Shown here in pieces: positions 51,080 to 64,000 of a DNA stretch of 64,000 nucleotides. Position 1 is the stretch's first letter. Each line of letters begins with the position of its first letter. The DNA comes from Chiloscyllium plagiosum (lineage: Eukaryota): the NCBI RefSeq assembly GCF_004010195.1, contig NC_057718.1, forward strand, positions 87,624,570 through 87,688,569. Direction: 5' to 3'. Made by a program: the position numbers and the translations under genes. Under the pieces are notes generated by a model. The model was not told the DNA's origin. It searched no databases and saw nothing but the letters and a program-made list of their open reading frames with translations.

Positions 51080-52200
51080 TTGATGCAAGACCGAGAGTGC
51101 TGCATTTAAATGTGTGCAGTATACCAAAGAAGGTAAACAAATTTATAGAGCACTTTAAAATGGGCAGGAACAATGTTGTGGGCGTCACAGACATGGCTGC
51201 AAGAGGTCAGGGCTAGGAAGTAAATATCCAAGGATACACACCCTTTCGAGGGGGCAGGCAAATTGGCAGAGTTGCCTTGTTAGTAAGAAATAATTAAATC
51301 CATAAAAAAAAGCAGTAAAGGGTCAGGTGATGCAGAATCTGAGAGGGTAGAGTTAAGGAATCACAAAGGAAAAAAGACATCTGATTGGAGTTATGCACAG
51401 GCCCCTAGCAATAGTTAGGCTGTGGGATAGAAAATAAATCAGGAGATAGAAAAGGTATATAAGAAAGGCACTATTCAAAAATCGCAGGGCACTTGAATCT
51501 GCAGGTGGACTGGGAAAGTCAGGTTGGTGGCTTGACTAAGAAATGGCTATTTTGGAGCAGTTTGTGGTTGAGCCTTTAGGAAACAGATATTTCTGGATTT
51601 GATGTGTAATAAGGTAAAATTGATTAGAGAGCTTAAGGTGCAAATTCTTGTAAACCTTTACTGAACCCTTTCAAGTTTCACAACATCTTTCCGATAGGAA
51701 GGAGACCGGAATTGCACGCAATATTCCAACAGTGGCCTAACCAATGTCATGAACAGCCAGGTGGGACTAAATTGGGTTGGGATAACTGGTCGGCATGGAC
51801 GAGTTGGATCAAAGGGTCTGTTTCCATGCTGTACATCTCTATGACTCTATGAAGGAACTTCCTAGGGGTCAGTGACCACAGTATGATATAATTCACCCTG
51901 TAGTTTGAGAGGAAGAAGCTGGAATCGGATGAAACGGTATTACAATTGCGTAAAGGTAACGACAGAGATATGAGGGAGCTGCTGGACAGAGTTTGTTGGA
52001 AGGGGAGCCGAGCAGGAAAGATGGTGGAGCAGCAAAGGGTTTCTGGGGTAATCCAGGAGGCTACAGCAGAAATTCATCTCAAGGAGGAAAAAGAAACATA
52101 TTAAAAGGAGAATGAGGGAAGTCAGGGACAGCGTAAAAGAAAAAGCATGCAATATGGTGAAGATTAGAGGGATGCTGGAGGTATTAAGAAGCTTTTGAAA
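51080..52200 (+). mobile_element. CR1 LINE ORF2 endonuclease-region remnant with a nested inverted CR1 3' piece (about 51645-51851)
   Basis: LHLNVCSIPKKV..VVGVTD (APE endonuclease start), a gggtcagtgaccac SDH-like motif, and a CR1 tail at 51760-51851. Confidence 0.65.
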
Positions 52201-52378
52201 ACTGTGTGTTGGTTTCTAAATGAAACTTGAACCCATTGCCCTGTATTTTGGAGGGGAGCATGCTACCATTGATCCAAGATTGGCAATGGTGCTGTTATTT
52301 GTTGGATAAAAGTGCTTCTAACTGAAATTTCATTGTTTGCATTATCAACAAATTCTAACTGGTTTTACTTGCCTTTAG

Positions 52379-53508
52379 GAAAAAGCAGAAGGTCCTGGCC
52401 ATTAGTGTCCACAGGGTCATCGGGAAACCTTGGATTACGGTTTAAGTGTCCAACAAGCTACACAACAATTCATCTTGCAAAATCTATTGAGAATTTACAC
52501 TTTGAAAGAGGTAAAGGGAGGCGCATTACTAAGCCTCAGGTCTCAAGTAGTTCTCTAAAGTCAAACCATGGACATTTTGGTTCCCATGGCCATTCAATGC
52601 CCCGCAAAAGGACAAGTTGCCAAAGGTTGTGGGTCAGTGTAAGTTATGAGGACTTGGCACACTCCCGTGTCATTCAAAAGCAGTGGCAAAAATCCCACTC
52701 TTCAGATGAGTTGCACAGTAAGACTGGTGCTCTGTCAAACACAGTCCCAGAAACGGGAACAGATATTGCTCTGCCTCGGCAAAGGAAGTTTGCCACAGAA
52801 GCAGAAATCAAGAAAATTTCTTGTATGAAGCATCTCAGCTTTGGTGTAAGGGATCTCAGCAAACCAAATCCAGTTCCTTTTGTAAATGCAAAGAACTGCA
52901 ACACAGAGATCAATACTAGTGGCCCTCAAATTATGCAAAAGGAGGACCTGATCTCAACCCCACTTTTGTGTTCAGAAGAGAAGACCATCCCAACTCCAGT
53001 TGTACTGTGTGACCTACCGAATCAACCTACAATACTCCCACCTCCAAGCATTCAGCAAAACCATCATTTTACAGAAGGGTATCAAGATAGTTCTGTGATC
53101 TGTAATTCAACAGAAAGCAAGGAACCTTCGGCTGAAACCAGCAGACATTTCAGAGATCCTTCCCAGCCACCACCTGTACCTGCCAAGAAATGCAGAGAGA
53201 AAATGCGGAATGGCATCCATCCTGTGCCTCATATTTTGAACAAGTCAAACCCAGCCATTGCCAATAGGTATGGACTGCCCACTAACTTGCAAGTTCCATG
53301 TCCCACTGCAGAAATGGTCAACTCAACTGCAGCTACTCATGCCCCTTGTTTGCCAGAGACTGCCTGTTCACCACAGCTGGGACTTAAAACATTTACTGTA
53401 CCTGGAAGAAAGGCATCTTGGATGAGAGAAGTGGAATTGGAAATGCTAATTGAAAATAAACTGGAATCCGAAGCAATTGATCTTACAGAGCAACCCTACT
53501 CTGACAAG
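52379..53508 (+). CDS. SASH1: SASH1-like large coding exon (equiv. exon 18), 1130 nt, low-complexity/proline-rich region ending KLESEAIDLTEQPYSDK
   Basis: ctttag acceptor, gtataa donor, phase 1/0. Fully open (ORF 52312-53514). Contains PPPVPAKK and IDLTEQPYSDK. Confidence 0.93.
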
Positions 53509-54309
53509 GTATAAATAACACTGATTATTCCTTTTGAAAGTAAGTGCCCTGTTGCTAGTATGTAATCAACCAGCCTAATTTAAGAGTGTGTGTATCTCCT
53601 CCGGAATTAGCCAAAGAATTGAAGCATAGATACAGCAAGTAGACTTGAAACAGCAACCTTGAAATTCCTGTGGCAGCCATAAGAAGGTAGAAGATGGAGC
53701 AGACTTTCTGACATTCACTGCTGGCCTTCCTGACAGGGTTTCATGCTCCATTTGGGTACACTCTAGATGATTTAAAAGCAAAACTTCTTGTAGTCAACTA
53801 TTCCCACTCGCCATATTCACTGATATCCCAGCCCATCCAGCTAAACTCAGTATCTATGGTAGGAAGTGGCTGCTTCAGCGACCCCTGTGTGATTTTTGTC
53901 TTCAGCGTCCCCTTTCTCAATGTCTCCCTGCTTTAATATTATCCCTGTTTACCCGTTCTTGCTATGTTCTTCCTCCTGGAATTCCTCCTTTTCTGGAATT
54001 ACTGCAGGAGATCTTTGAGAGAGGAAGACAGAAGCTTAGAAGACGTAAGCATTACACCCGTGGGTTTAGGCGATGGAAGCTTCTAGCTGTGTGATATTTC
54101 TTAGGGATGTCCCGATGAATGTGCAGGTTAGCATTCATTAACCAGTCCAGTGTGTGCATTTCCTTTATTGCATATCTTTTATCTAGGCATCTTTCAATAC
54201 AGTATATTGCCTTAAAATTACTCTAATGTCATGGATATTGTCAATGCAAACATGTAGCACAAAGCACACCAGTCTCAATTTTGTAAAAACAAAAGTGTTT
54301 GTCTGTGGA

Positions 54310-57300
54310 AGTGCTGACTATGCTAGCACTTATTGCCTATCCCTAATTTCCCTGGACAAGGTGACAATAAACTAGCACCTTGAATCACTGGCTGGTTTGA
54401 TTCTAACTGCAAATCTGCATTCTGGCCTACTCCTAATAAGCTTTTAACCCCTTGCTTAACCAAGTATCCGTCCACTTGTTGGTTAAATTCTCTCATTGGA
54501 GCTGTTCATTGCTTGGGGGTTGTGTGAAATAGATGTCGCTTTCAATTTGTAAGCCGAAGCCTGGGTGTTGTCCAGGTCATGCTGTGTATGGACATTAACT
54601 GCTTCAGTTTCTGAAGAGTCATGAATTGTGTTGAACATTGTATAATCATCAGTGAACATTATCACCTCTGAGTAAAGATAGACAGTAAATAATTGATGAA
54701 GTATCTGAAGATGGTTGGACCTAGGACACTACCCTGAGGAAAAAGGACTCCAGTGATGCAGTGTCCTACCTCTGGACCAGGGAGTTTGACTCACATCTCA
54801 CCTGCTCAGACGGTGCACAATAACATCTCTGAACCGGTTGATTGGAAAATGTCTACCCTAAGGAAATCCTGCAGTGATATTCTGCAGCTGAGATGATTCA
54901 CCTCCCATAATGCCAATTACCTTACTTTGTGCTAGGTAAATTGTGCTCAACCACTGTTAAGCTTATCCCTAATTCACATTGACTCCAGTTTAGTCAGGCT
55001 CCTTGATGTTGTGCTCAGTCATTTTGACTTTATTTCTGGTGTTCAGCTTTATTGTCCATGTTTCATCCGAGGCTATAGTGAGGTCAGGAGCCACAAGATC
55101 CTAGTGCAGTGTCAGTAAGCAGGTTTGCAAGTGCTGCTGGACCAATTTACTGATGATCGAGAGTAGACCAATAAGGCAACAATTGGCTGGGTTGAATTTG
55201 ACATGTTCATGTACAAGACATACTTGGGCAAATTTCCGCATTCCCAGGTAGATGTAAGTGTTGAGCTGTAGTGGAACAGCTTGGTTGGGGGTACAGTTAG
55301 TTCTGGAGCATAAGTCTTCAGCATTATTGCCAGAAAGTTGTCCAGACCCATAATCTCTGTAGCCAGTGCCTTTAGCATCTTCTTGATTTCACATGGAGTA
55401 AATCAAATTGGGCTGAACATTGACATCTGTGATGCTGTGAACCTCAGGAGGAGGTCAAAGTTGGTCATCCATTTGGTACATTCAGCTGAAGATTGTCGCA
55501 AATGCTTCTGCCTAATCCTTTACACTGACCTGCTGCATCAGTAATGATGAGGTATTTGTGAAGCAAGCTCCTTTCTGTTGTTTAGTTGACCACCGCCCTT
55601 CACAACTGGATGTGACAGGACTACAGAGCTATGAGTTAATCCATTGGTTGTGCTTAGTTCTGATGATCACTTGCTGCTCATGTTGTTTGTTACCCAACTA
55701 TCCTGTGTTGTAGCTTCACCATGTTAATGTCAGGTATTTTCAGGTATGCCTGGTATGGCTGTTGGCATGTTGTGTATTATTTATTGAGTTAATTAGTTGT
55801 AGAAGTCTACAGCACAGAGAAAAGGTCCTTTGGCCCATAGAGTGTGCACCAATAGAAAAGAGCCACCTACTATTTGAATCACATTTTCCTTGGGTTAGTA
55901 TGGCTTGGCATCTCAAGTGCATGTCAGATCCTTCTTAAATATTACAAAGGTTTCTGCCTGTACCACCCTTACAGGTAGTGAGTTCCAGATTCCCACTACC
56001 CTCTGGGTGAAAACATTTTTCCTCTCATTACCTCTAAATCTCCTGCCCTTTAACTTAAATCTATGCCCCCTGGTCATTGATCACTCCACTAAGGCAAAAA
56101 GTTTTTTCTTGTCTATGAGCCTCATAATTTTATACATCTCAATTGTGTCCTCCTTCAGCCTCCTCTGCTCTAATGAAAACAACACCAATCTATCCAATCT
56201 CTCTCTTCGTAAGTAAAAATCTCCAGCCCAGACAACATCCAAGTAAATCCCCTCTGCACCCTCTCTAGTGTAATCACATCCTTCCTATAATGTCGATTCC
56301 AGAACTTCACCCAGTACTCCAGCTGTGGCCTTACCAACATCTTATACTATTCCAGCAGAACCTCCCTGCTCTTAAGCTGTATACATTAACTAATAAAAGC
56401 AAATGTCCTATATGCCACCTTAATCATTTTATCCACCTGTCCTCCTTAAAGGACCACTGGTAGGCATGCACATAAAGGTCCCTCTGGGTACATCCCGATC
56501 ATTATGTATTTCTTTGCCTTGTTTGTCCTGCCCATGTGCATCACCTCACATTTATCTGGAATGAATTCCATTTCCCACTAATCAGCCATCTGGCCAACCC
56601 ATCTACATCCTCCTATAATCTAAGACTGTCCTCTTCACTATTTAATATTCCACCAATTTTTGTTGTCATCTGTAAACTTTGATACCCCTGCTACATTAAA
56701 GACTAATCCATTTTTATATACCACAAACAGGGCCCCAACACTGATCCCTGCAGAACCTCACTGAGCCAAGCTTCCAGTCACAAAATACCCCTTTAACATC
56801 TCCTTCTGCCTCCTGCTACTCAGCCAATTCTGGATCTAATTGGCCAAATTTCCTTGGATCCTATGGCCTTCTACCTTTCTATCAGTCTCCCATGCAGGAC
56901 TTTATCAAAAGCCTTGCTGAAGTCCAGATAGACCATGTTAAACTCTTTATCCTCATCTACACACCTGGTCACCTTTTCGAAAGATTCGATCAAGTTGGTC
57001 AGACCTGATCACCCCTTAATAAAATCATGCTTACTGCTCTTGATTAATCCTACCTTTCTAAGTGCAGATTAATTCTGTCCCTGAGGATGGTTTCCAATTG
57101 TTTCCCTACCACTGAGGTTAGACCAACTGATCTGTAGTTTCTCGGTTTATCCCATCTTGAATAATGGTACCACATTCACTGCCCTCAAGACCTCTACTAC
57201 CCTTTTTTTGTGACCAGGCAGGAATTGAAAATTATTGCTCACACCCCTACTATTTGCCTCTCTCAGCTGTCTGGGATACATTTCATCCAGCCCTGGAGGT

Positions 57301-58690
57301 TTATCTACTAAGCCTGTCAAACCACTCAGAACCTCCTCTCTGTCTATGCTATTTTCTTTAACTGTACCACAGACCTTCTTCCTGATTTCTACACAAACAT
57401 CGTTCCTTAACACAGGCATAAAGTATTCAGTTAGAACCCTACCTACATCCCCTGACATACATTACCACTGATCCTTAATGAGCCCTACTGTTACTCTAGT
57501 TTCTTTTCTTAATGTCCTTGTAAAATAATTTAGAATTTTGCTTTATTTTACCTGCTATTGTTCTTTCACTCCCCTCTTTTCTCTCTCCTGATTTCCTTTG
57601 CAAGTTTCTTCTTGCACATTCTATACTCCAATGGGGCTTCTGCTATTTGAGTCCTTGGTATCTGCTATCAACCTCCCTTTGTCTCTTTATCCAATCCTGT
57701 ATATCCCTTGATATCAGGAGTCACAGGATTTATTGATCCCACCCTTTGTCTTTTTTGGAACAAGGCCGAGGATTCCCTGGTTTGATACTAATGTCAAAGT
57801 GTGGAATGTGCTTGAAGATGGGTATAGCTGAGAGTTGTGGTCAAATAGTTTTGCTGCTGATGACCAATGTCATGGTTGCCCAGTTTTGAGTTTCTGAATC
57901 TGTTCAAAGTCTGTCCCATATAGCACCACTACAAGGTGAATCCTCAGTGTGAAGGTGGGACCTCATCTCCAAGGTGACGGTGTGGTGATCATTCCGACCA
58001 ATTATTGTTGTGGACAAATAGATCTGAGGCAGGCAGATTGATGACATTGAGGTCAAGTATCTTTTTTCCTCTTGTTGGTTCCATCAACACTTGTTGCAGA
58101 CCCAACCTAGCAACTATGTCCTCCTGGATTCTGCCAATTTGCTCAACAGACTGAACTACAGCAATATCAAAGTCCACCACCAAGGGTGCATTCTGTGTTC
58201 TTGCCACCTTCTTGAAGTGCTGTTCAACTTGGAGGCGTACTGATTCATCAGCTGATGGGGAGTGGTCAGTTGTAATCAACAGGAGATTTCCTTAACCTGA
58301 TGCCCTAAAGCTTTGTGGGGCATGGAGTCAATACTGAGCACTCCAGGGCAACTCCTTCCTGACTCTGTATGACTTTGCCATCACCTCTGATAGGTCTATC
58401 CTGTCACGGGGGCATGATGAATCCAGGGATGGTGATGGTGACGGTGACATCTAGGACATTATGATATGATCCTAAAAATGACAATATGATCATAAACATA
58501 TGGGTGTGTCAGGCTATTCCTAAGTAGCCTGTGAGTCAGCTTTCCCAATGTTGGCACTGGCCCCTGGATTATTAGTAAAGTGGATTTTCCAGGGTTGGCA
58601 TGATTGTGTTTGCTGTTGTCATTTCTGGCGCTTAGATTGTTGCTGAGTAGTCTGTCCATCTTCACTCCTGTGGACTTTTCACCAGTATTG
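54310..58690 (-). mobile_element. LINE remnant (54310-55790 and 57780-58690) interrupted by a CR1 copy
   Basis: ORFs MFTDDYTMF (RT YADD-like), GLDNFLAIMLKTYAPELTVP and LGLQQVLMEPTRGKKILDL (endonuclease), all colinear on the - strand. Confidence 0.7.
55800..57770 (-). mobile_element. CR1 LINE ORF2 remnant
   Basis: ORF 57147-57458 VDKPPGLDEMYPRQLRE...NVVPLFKMG, and a CR1-type 3' tail near 55800-55850. Confidence 0.8.
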
Positions 58691-58779
58691 CATAAAAAAA
58701 CTGAGTGGCTTGCTAGACCATTTCAGCGTGAACAGCATTTCTGTCAGTCTGGAGTCACATGTAGACCCTACTAGGTAAG

Positions 58780-59657
58780 GAGAAAGTGACGACTGCAGAT
58801 GCTGGAGATCAGAGCTGAAAAATGTGTTGCTGGAAAAGCGCAGCAGGTCAGGCAGCATCCAAGTAGCAGGGAAATCGACGTTTCAGGCATAAGCCCTTCT
58901 TCAGGAATGAGGAAGATGTGCCAAGCAGGCTAAGAAAAAGGTAGAGAGGAAGGACTTGGGGGAGAGGCGTTGGGAATGCGATAGGTGGAAGGAGGTTAAG
59001 GTGAGGGTGATAGACCGGAGTGGGGATGGGGGGCGGAGAGGTCGGGAAGAAGATTGTAGGTCAAGAAAGCGGTGCTGAGTCCGAGGGTTGGGACTGAGAT
59101 AAGGTGGGGGAAGAGGGAATGAGGAAGCTGGAGAAATCTGCATTCATCCCTTGTGGTTAGAGGGGTCCTAGGCGGAAGATGAGGTGCTCTTCCTCCAGGC
59201 GTTGTGTTGCCATGGTCTGGCGATGGAGGAGGCCAAGGACCTGCATGTCCTTGGTGGAATGGGAGGGGGGAGTTAAAGTGTTCAGCCATGGGGCAGTTGG
59301 GTTGGTTGGTGCGGGTGTCCCAGAGGTATTCTCTGAAACATTCCGCAAGTAAGCAGCCTGTCTCCCCAATATAGAGGCCACATCGGGTGCAGCGGATGTA
59401 GTAAATGATGTGTGTGGAGGCACAGGTGAATTTGTGACGGATATGGAAGGATCCCTTGGGGCCTTGGAGGGAAGTGAGAGGGGAATGTGTGGGCACAAGT
59501 TTTGCATTTCTTGTGGTTGCAGGGGAATGTGCCGGACGTGGAGGTTGGGTTGGTGGGGGGTGTGGACCTGACGTGGTCCGGAACGCTGATAGGGGAGTGG
59601 AGGGGAGGGAAATAATATCCTTTGTGGTGGGGTCTGTTTGGAGGTGGCGGAAATGAC
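58780..59657 (-). mobile_element. Penelope-like element 3' part (Cys-linker plus GIY-YIG, Neptune-like) with terminal hammerhead core (58877-58904)
   Basis: GTFPCNHKKCKTCAH, FTCASTHIIYYIRCTRCGLYIGETG and QRLEEEHLIFRLG, spread across frameshifted ORFs. Confidence 0.88.
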
Positions 59658-60048
59658 AAGGAGACTAGGTAAGAGAGAGTTTTCACTGAACACCGCTTTC
59701 CCTTTAACAGAGACAGCATCTGAAGACACAGGTGGTGGAGACAGAGTTTGGAATTTAGCCTGCCCATCTTATCCTGTGATCTTACTGATAGCAAATATGG
59801 CAGCTCACTAAACATCCAATATAGGTCTACTCTTTCAAAAATTCATTGTTGTCTAAACAATGATTGGTCGTTGATTGAAAGGATAATTTGCCTTCGAAAG
59901 TAGTCAAGTACAACTTGATTTGATCCATAAATGCTGGTCAGGAAGGAACTAACTCTCCTGGAACTAGCAGCCAATTCAAGTTTCGAATCATTTTTATTCA
60001 AAATAATAGTGTTCTGATGGGACCATCTCCTTCTTTCATGATGTCTAG

Positions 60049-60180
60049 CATGGCCGATGTGGGATTCCGACAGTGCTGGTACAGAGGTATGCAGAAGAGC
60101 TAGGACATGCTGCAGAGCATGTGGCTGCCACTATGGAGCTCGTGAGAGTTAGACAGCTCCGCAAGCAACACCGAATGGCG
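60049..60180 (+). CDS. SASH1: SASH1-like coding exon (equiv. exon 19), 132 nt, [44 protein letters not shown]
   Basis: tctag acceptor, gtgagt donor, phase 0/0. Strong match to the SASH1 HGRCGIP...LRKQHRMA peptide. Confidence 0.95.
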
Positions 60181-60946
60181 GTGAGTATTACAACCGATAA
60201 TTTTATATCAGTGAGCATTGTAGTCCCTTCATCCCACTTCCCCCACCCTCCTGGTGCTGGTCATTGCCCTCTTTTCCCCAGCTCCCATGGCCCTCCTTCC
60301 CCCAGTCCCATCACCCTTAATCCCCTCTTCCCACCATTTGCAGCCCTTACCCTGACTTCCCGGGTACAAATTGGCTGCTGCCTTTGTGTTACAACAGCGA
60401 GAGCACTTCAGAAATGCTTTATGGATGTCAAGTGCATGCTTATGAAAGGCACTAGACAAATGCAGGATTGCTCTTCCTTGTTACGATACAGACAATTTTG
60501 CGAATGGTTTATTTTGTTTAAAACTTCAATTTGGACATAGTAAATTCCAATACTGAGAACTAATTGTTACTGCAACCACATCACGGGAGATTTGATTTAT
60601 CAAAAAGCAGTAAGTAGCAGCCATTTACATAAGAAATACAAGAAAATGTGATCACAAATTGATGGGAAAGTCTAATTACAGTATGGCAAGTTTACATTGG
60701 TCTTAACCATAATGTATGTTGGCTGAGGAATTTGTAATAAAACGACAAAGTACAAAGAATACAATGAAATACTTTGAAGTAGGGACGGAATAATGTTTAT
60801 TCATCTTGATCCATTTGACCTCCAATGACCATTCATATAGTACACTTCCTGAAATGTTGCTTATAATTGAGAGCACTACAAAAGATGTCAATGGCCAAGG
60901 GACATAATTCAGTGTCACTGTCCTATTTCTTTTGCCTGATGTCTAG

Positions 60947-61021
60947 ATTCCAAGCTCTTTTGATAAGATGAGCAGAAATACTACAGCCCTAGAAATATCT
61001 AATGAGTCTTCAAGGAGCTGA
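60947..61021 (+). CDS. SASH1: SASH1-like terminal coding exon (equiv. exon 20), IPSSFDKMSRNTTALEISNESSRS*, stops before SAM2
   Basis: Pyrimidine tract plus tctag acceptor. Begins IPS like the SASH1 last exon. TGA at 61019-61021. Confidence 0.8.
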   Translation: MPSSFDKMSRNTTALEISNESSRS

Positions 61022-61150
61022 TCTTCATAGGACTGCCGTGTGGATCATTACATCCCCAGCGCCTCAGGCAGCACTCTGCATCGGTTAAAGGAGTGATTTA
61101 CGGACAGCTTTCCATCATTGGAATCGAAGGCCCAGCATGCCATGAGAGTA
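61006..61150 (+). pseudogene. Out-of-frame remnant of the SASH1 second SAM domain
   Basis: The -1 frame reads VFKELIFIGLPCGSLHPQRLRQHSASVKGVIYGQLSIIGIEG, resembling recalled SASH1 SAM2 VSDWLISIGLP...LQEAGI. Confidence 0.6.
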
Positions 61151-62871
61151 GCTGTTACATGCATTGTGTGTCCTTCATTATTTCATCTGTTTCTATGACA
61201 AACTTTACACTGCAGAAGCTGTTAATAAAGCAATGCTACAATATTCAAAAGGTAGCTGAAGGAAACAGAGTGGAGTTAAAAGGCTGACTATAAACTTGTT
61301 CATGGTATGTAGGTAGTTCTCTTAGCTGGCCATTATGGCTCCTGGGAAAACCAGGTTTCTGCCAACTTTATGGCACTGAGGAAACTGTCAGCATTTAGCT
61401 CAGACTGAATCGCATTAAATTCAAGATTCAAGAAATTAGACACTGCAGTTTCAAATAATAAATTACAGTTTTTAGCCCTGTGCCCAGATTGTACAAAACA
61501 CTGTCACTGAACTGCAGATGAGGTCCATTCTAGACTCATACTCAGTGTATGAAGGTCTCTTTCTTTGTCTATTCTTGACCTATGTCCTGTGTGAAAACCC
61601 CTCTCACTCCCTAGATTATTATCTGACAATACTTGCTTTGCTGCACACAATAAACATTACAAATTCAAAGTATCTTAGAAGTGAAAATGTGTCATAACTC
61701 TGAAGCTAAAAAATATACCCATTTAATGTTTTGTGATGATCCCAGGTTGTTGGGTGCTGTTGTCAGTTTTGGGCCTGTCTGTTTCATGTCACCACTCCAT
61801 TGTATGTTGCCTTATGATTGCAGTGAAACGTGGATCTCTGGGGTTATCCAGAAGCAATTCTTTACATTCTGATATATTCATGTATATTTGAGATCGAGGA
61901 AATGTTCACCTTGTAGAATTATAGAAACTACAGTACAGCAGCTGCCCATCTACCCTCATAACAACTGTAACAGATGTTAAACTGGAGCTCTGTGCTGCAG
62001 TTCTGTTCTCCAACACATTGCCCATTATCCTTGATCACAATTGACAAGAATCCTGCTCTGGCTAAAGAATTCTTTTCTTCTGTGTCCTTGGCTCCAGCAT
62101 CAATTTCCTTCAATTATAACGGGTTGGAATGTGTTCTGTTAGGCCTTTCAAAGGCACAAGAGAATGTAATTCCCATGTGGTCAGCAGAAACTCTTCAGAC
62201 ATGTGTTGACTGTAGCCCCACCTCCCACCATGAAGGGGGCTTGGTGCCTTCACTGACCAGAATCTCCTCTGCATATTACACATTCCAGCAGGAGTGGGCT
62301 TTGTCCCAACTCCCAGTATCTTCCCTCTACCCAGAGATCCACATACCCACCACACCACTTGTACCAGATACCATAATTTCAGATCCCAAGTATTTAACTA
62401 ATGTAATAACACAGTCCTATTGCTTGATGTTCTATATAACTAACTCAAATTCTTTGATTATTACATTATATTTCCCCACCTAGCATTATAATGATACTGG
62501 AAGCTTTATCGTGTCAATTGCAGTGTATTTTAATATAAGCTTCTGATTCTCCTTTTGGCTTTGATGTTAATTAAAAACTGGATCATGTGTCTTGAACATC
62601 TGGTCAAAATGTAAGACTCATCGTAAATGTTGATAGCAAATTGAAAATATTGAAAAGCAGCACAAAATTAAACTGATGCACTTTGTGTATTTGAGAATAT
62701 TTAAGTAACTTATTATATGTTTCCTTAACAATGTAAGTAACTATAACATACTGGTAGCAAAACATGCTTATAAAGTGTAGTCAATCAAAGGTATGCCTTA
62801 TTAATGTGAGGTATGTATGTGTAAATATTCCTATCTGTTCCATTTAGCAGAATAATATTGAAATGTTTTTC

Positions 62872-62877
62872 AATAAA
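62872..62877 (+). promoter_or_regulatory. Candidate polyadenylation signal AATAAA for the SASH1-like 3'UTR
   Basis: AATAAA at the end of an AT-rich, repeat-poor stretch. Other AATAAA hexamers at 61224, 61457, 61649 and 63141 are also possible. Confidence 0.3.
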
Positions 62878-64000
62878 GTAACATTTGGATGAATTTCTGA
62901 ATTTTCCTGAAAAACGAGAAGTTACTCATTTCCACTCTCATCCAGTTAGTTATAACAACAGCGTATTTTGTTACGCTGCAGCTGATGCTAATGCTGGACA
63001 AGTCAGATTCCAGAGTAAAACTGGATTGATAAACCATAAATTTTATGATTTGGTTACTGTACAGGCCAGTTACTGAACATATTCAGAGGACTGCCAGTGT
63101 ACTTCTAACAAAAGAACATACTTTTTTCCCCCTTTTGTGTAATAAAGGTATAAAAGAAGTTTTGAAAATATCTTATTATGACTTGCAAGCCTTTCTCAAG
63201 CAGTATGCTTTTCAGACACTGAACCTGAGTGAAGAATTGATCATATTTTCACTCTTTTTAATTTATTACTAAACAGATGGGTGTGCAAGCTTTTTCTTGG
63301 AATTTGCTATAGTTTCATCAGGTGTGATTCTCTGCATTTAATTCCAAGACACAGGCTAACTCATTAACTTTTCTCTTACTTTGATGATTTGGCTGCTAAA
63401 CAGCCCATTTGGTGGTATGTACCTTTTTTGAACTAATACTGGCTGTTCTTTCTCCAGATTGTAAAGCGTAACTTAAAGTAGTTGTTTCAGCAATGATCTC
63501 ACCAGGTAGCTTGTGTAGTCATTTAGTTTAAGTCACGTGACCTGTTAGAAATGTTGTTTTGACCCAATGTTAGATAATATGAACTCTGACCCTTAAAACA
63601 ATTCATCTTCACAGAATTGAACAGCCATTTGCCTCCACTTTCAGATTAAAGCTCCCAAACATCCATACATCATAAGCATTGTACTTTCATATGTTTAAAC
63701 TTATCAACACACTCCAGCATTCATGACACTGAGCCTTATATGGAGATAGTGAGGGAAGTTGACCAAAAGCTTGGACTAAGAGGTAAGTTTTAAGGGGTTT
63801 ATCAAAGGAGTGTAGAAAATGAAATTCAGAGCTGCACGTTGACCGCTGAAGGTATGGTGACTGATGGTGGGGCAAACAAAACCGGTTTCCAAAAGACCAG
63901 AGATTTGGAGGATTTGAGAGCTGGGGGATGCTACAATGAGAGGGAGGGTGAGGTTATAGAGAAATTTGAAAGCCAGAATGAGAATTTTTAAACTAATGCT

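Noticed and set aside
52312..53514. 400-aa ORF as a stand-alone single-exon gene
   Set aside because: It is the large internal exon (52379-53508) plus intronic read-through. Splice sites and phases fit the neighbouring exons.
60990..61021. Programmed -1 ribosomal frameshift restoring SAM2
   Set aside because: No XXXYYYZ slippery heptamer between the -1 frame stop (61003-61005) and the zero-frame stop (61019-61021), and the downstream SAM-like sequence is degenerate.
61019..61021. TGA as selenocysteine or readthrough codon
   Set aside because: The same frame meets TAG three codons later (61028-61030), and the SAM-like similarity is in a different frame.
61974..62483. 169-aa ORF downstream of the stop codon
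   Set aside because: No recognisable domain, non-ATG start, and it lies in the probable 3'UTR. Likely a chance ORF.

Overview
Eukaryotic genomic DNA, inferred to be from a cartilaginous fish (shark), based on HE1-type V-SINEs, Deu-domain SINEs, CR1 LINEs and Penelope-like elements. The window holds most of one + strand, intron-rich SASH1-type (SLy family, SH3+SAM adaptor) gene. I traced 18 coding exons with canonical AG/GT boundaries and consistent phases from 5449 to a stop at 61019-61021. They total 3381 nt (1126 aa plus stop), and the first coding exon lies upstream of the window. The gene is strongly diverged from the human SASH1 sequence as I recall it. Its terminal exon stops before the second SAM domain, whose remnant survives in a shifted frame. 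The exon equivalent to SASH1 'RTCSFGGFD...SDPM' appears degenerate. The introns are full of nested mobile elements: a decayed Gmr1-type (integrase-before-RT) LTR retrotransposon inside a CR1 LINE, several Penelope-like fragments carrying minimal hammerhead-ribozyme cores (including two TSD-flanked mini-insertions, one an 88-bp-arm palindrome), and a 260-bp-arm foldback joined to a tandem duplication. No rRNA, genuine tRNA genes or CRISPR arrays were seen. All comparisons to known proteins and repeats are from memory, not from database searches. Exon numbers follow human SASH1 as recalled. Repeat boundaries are approximate unless a TSD or terminus is given.
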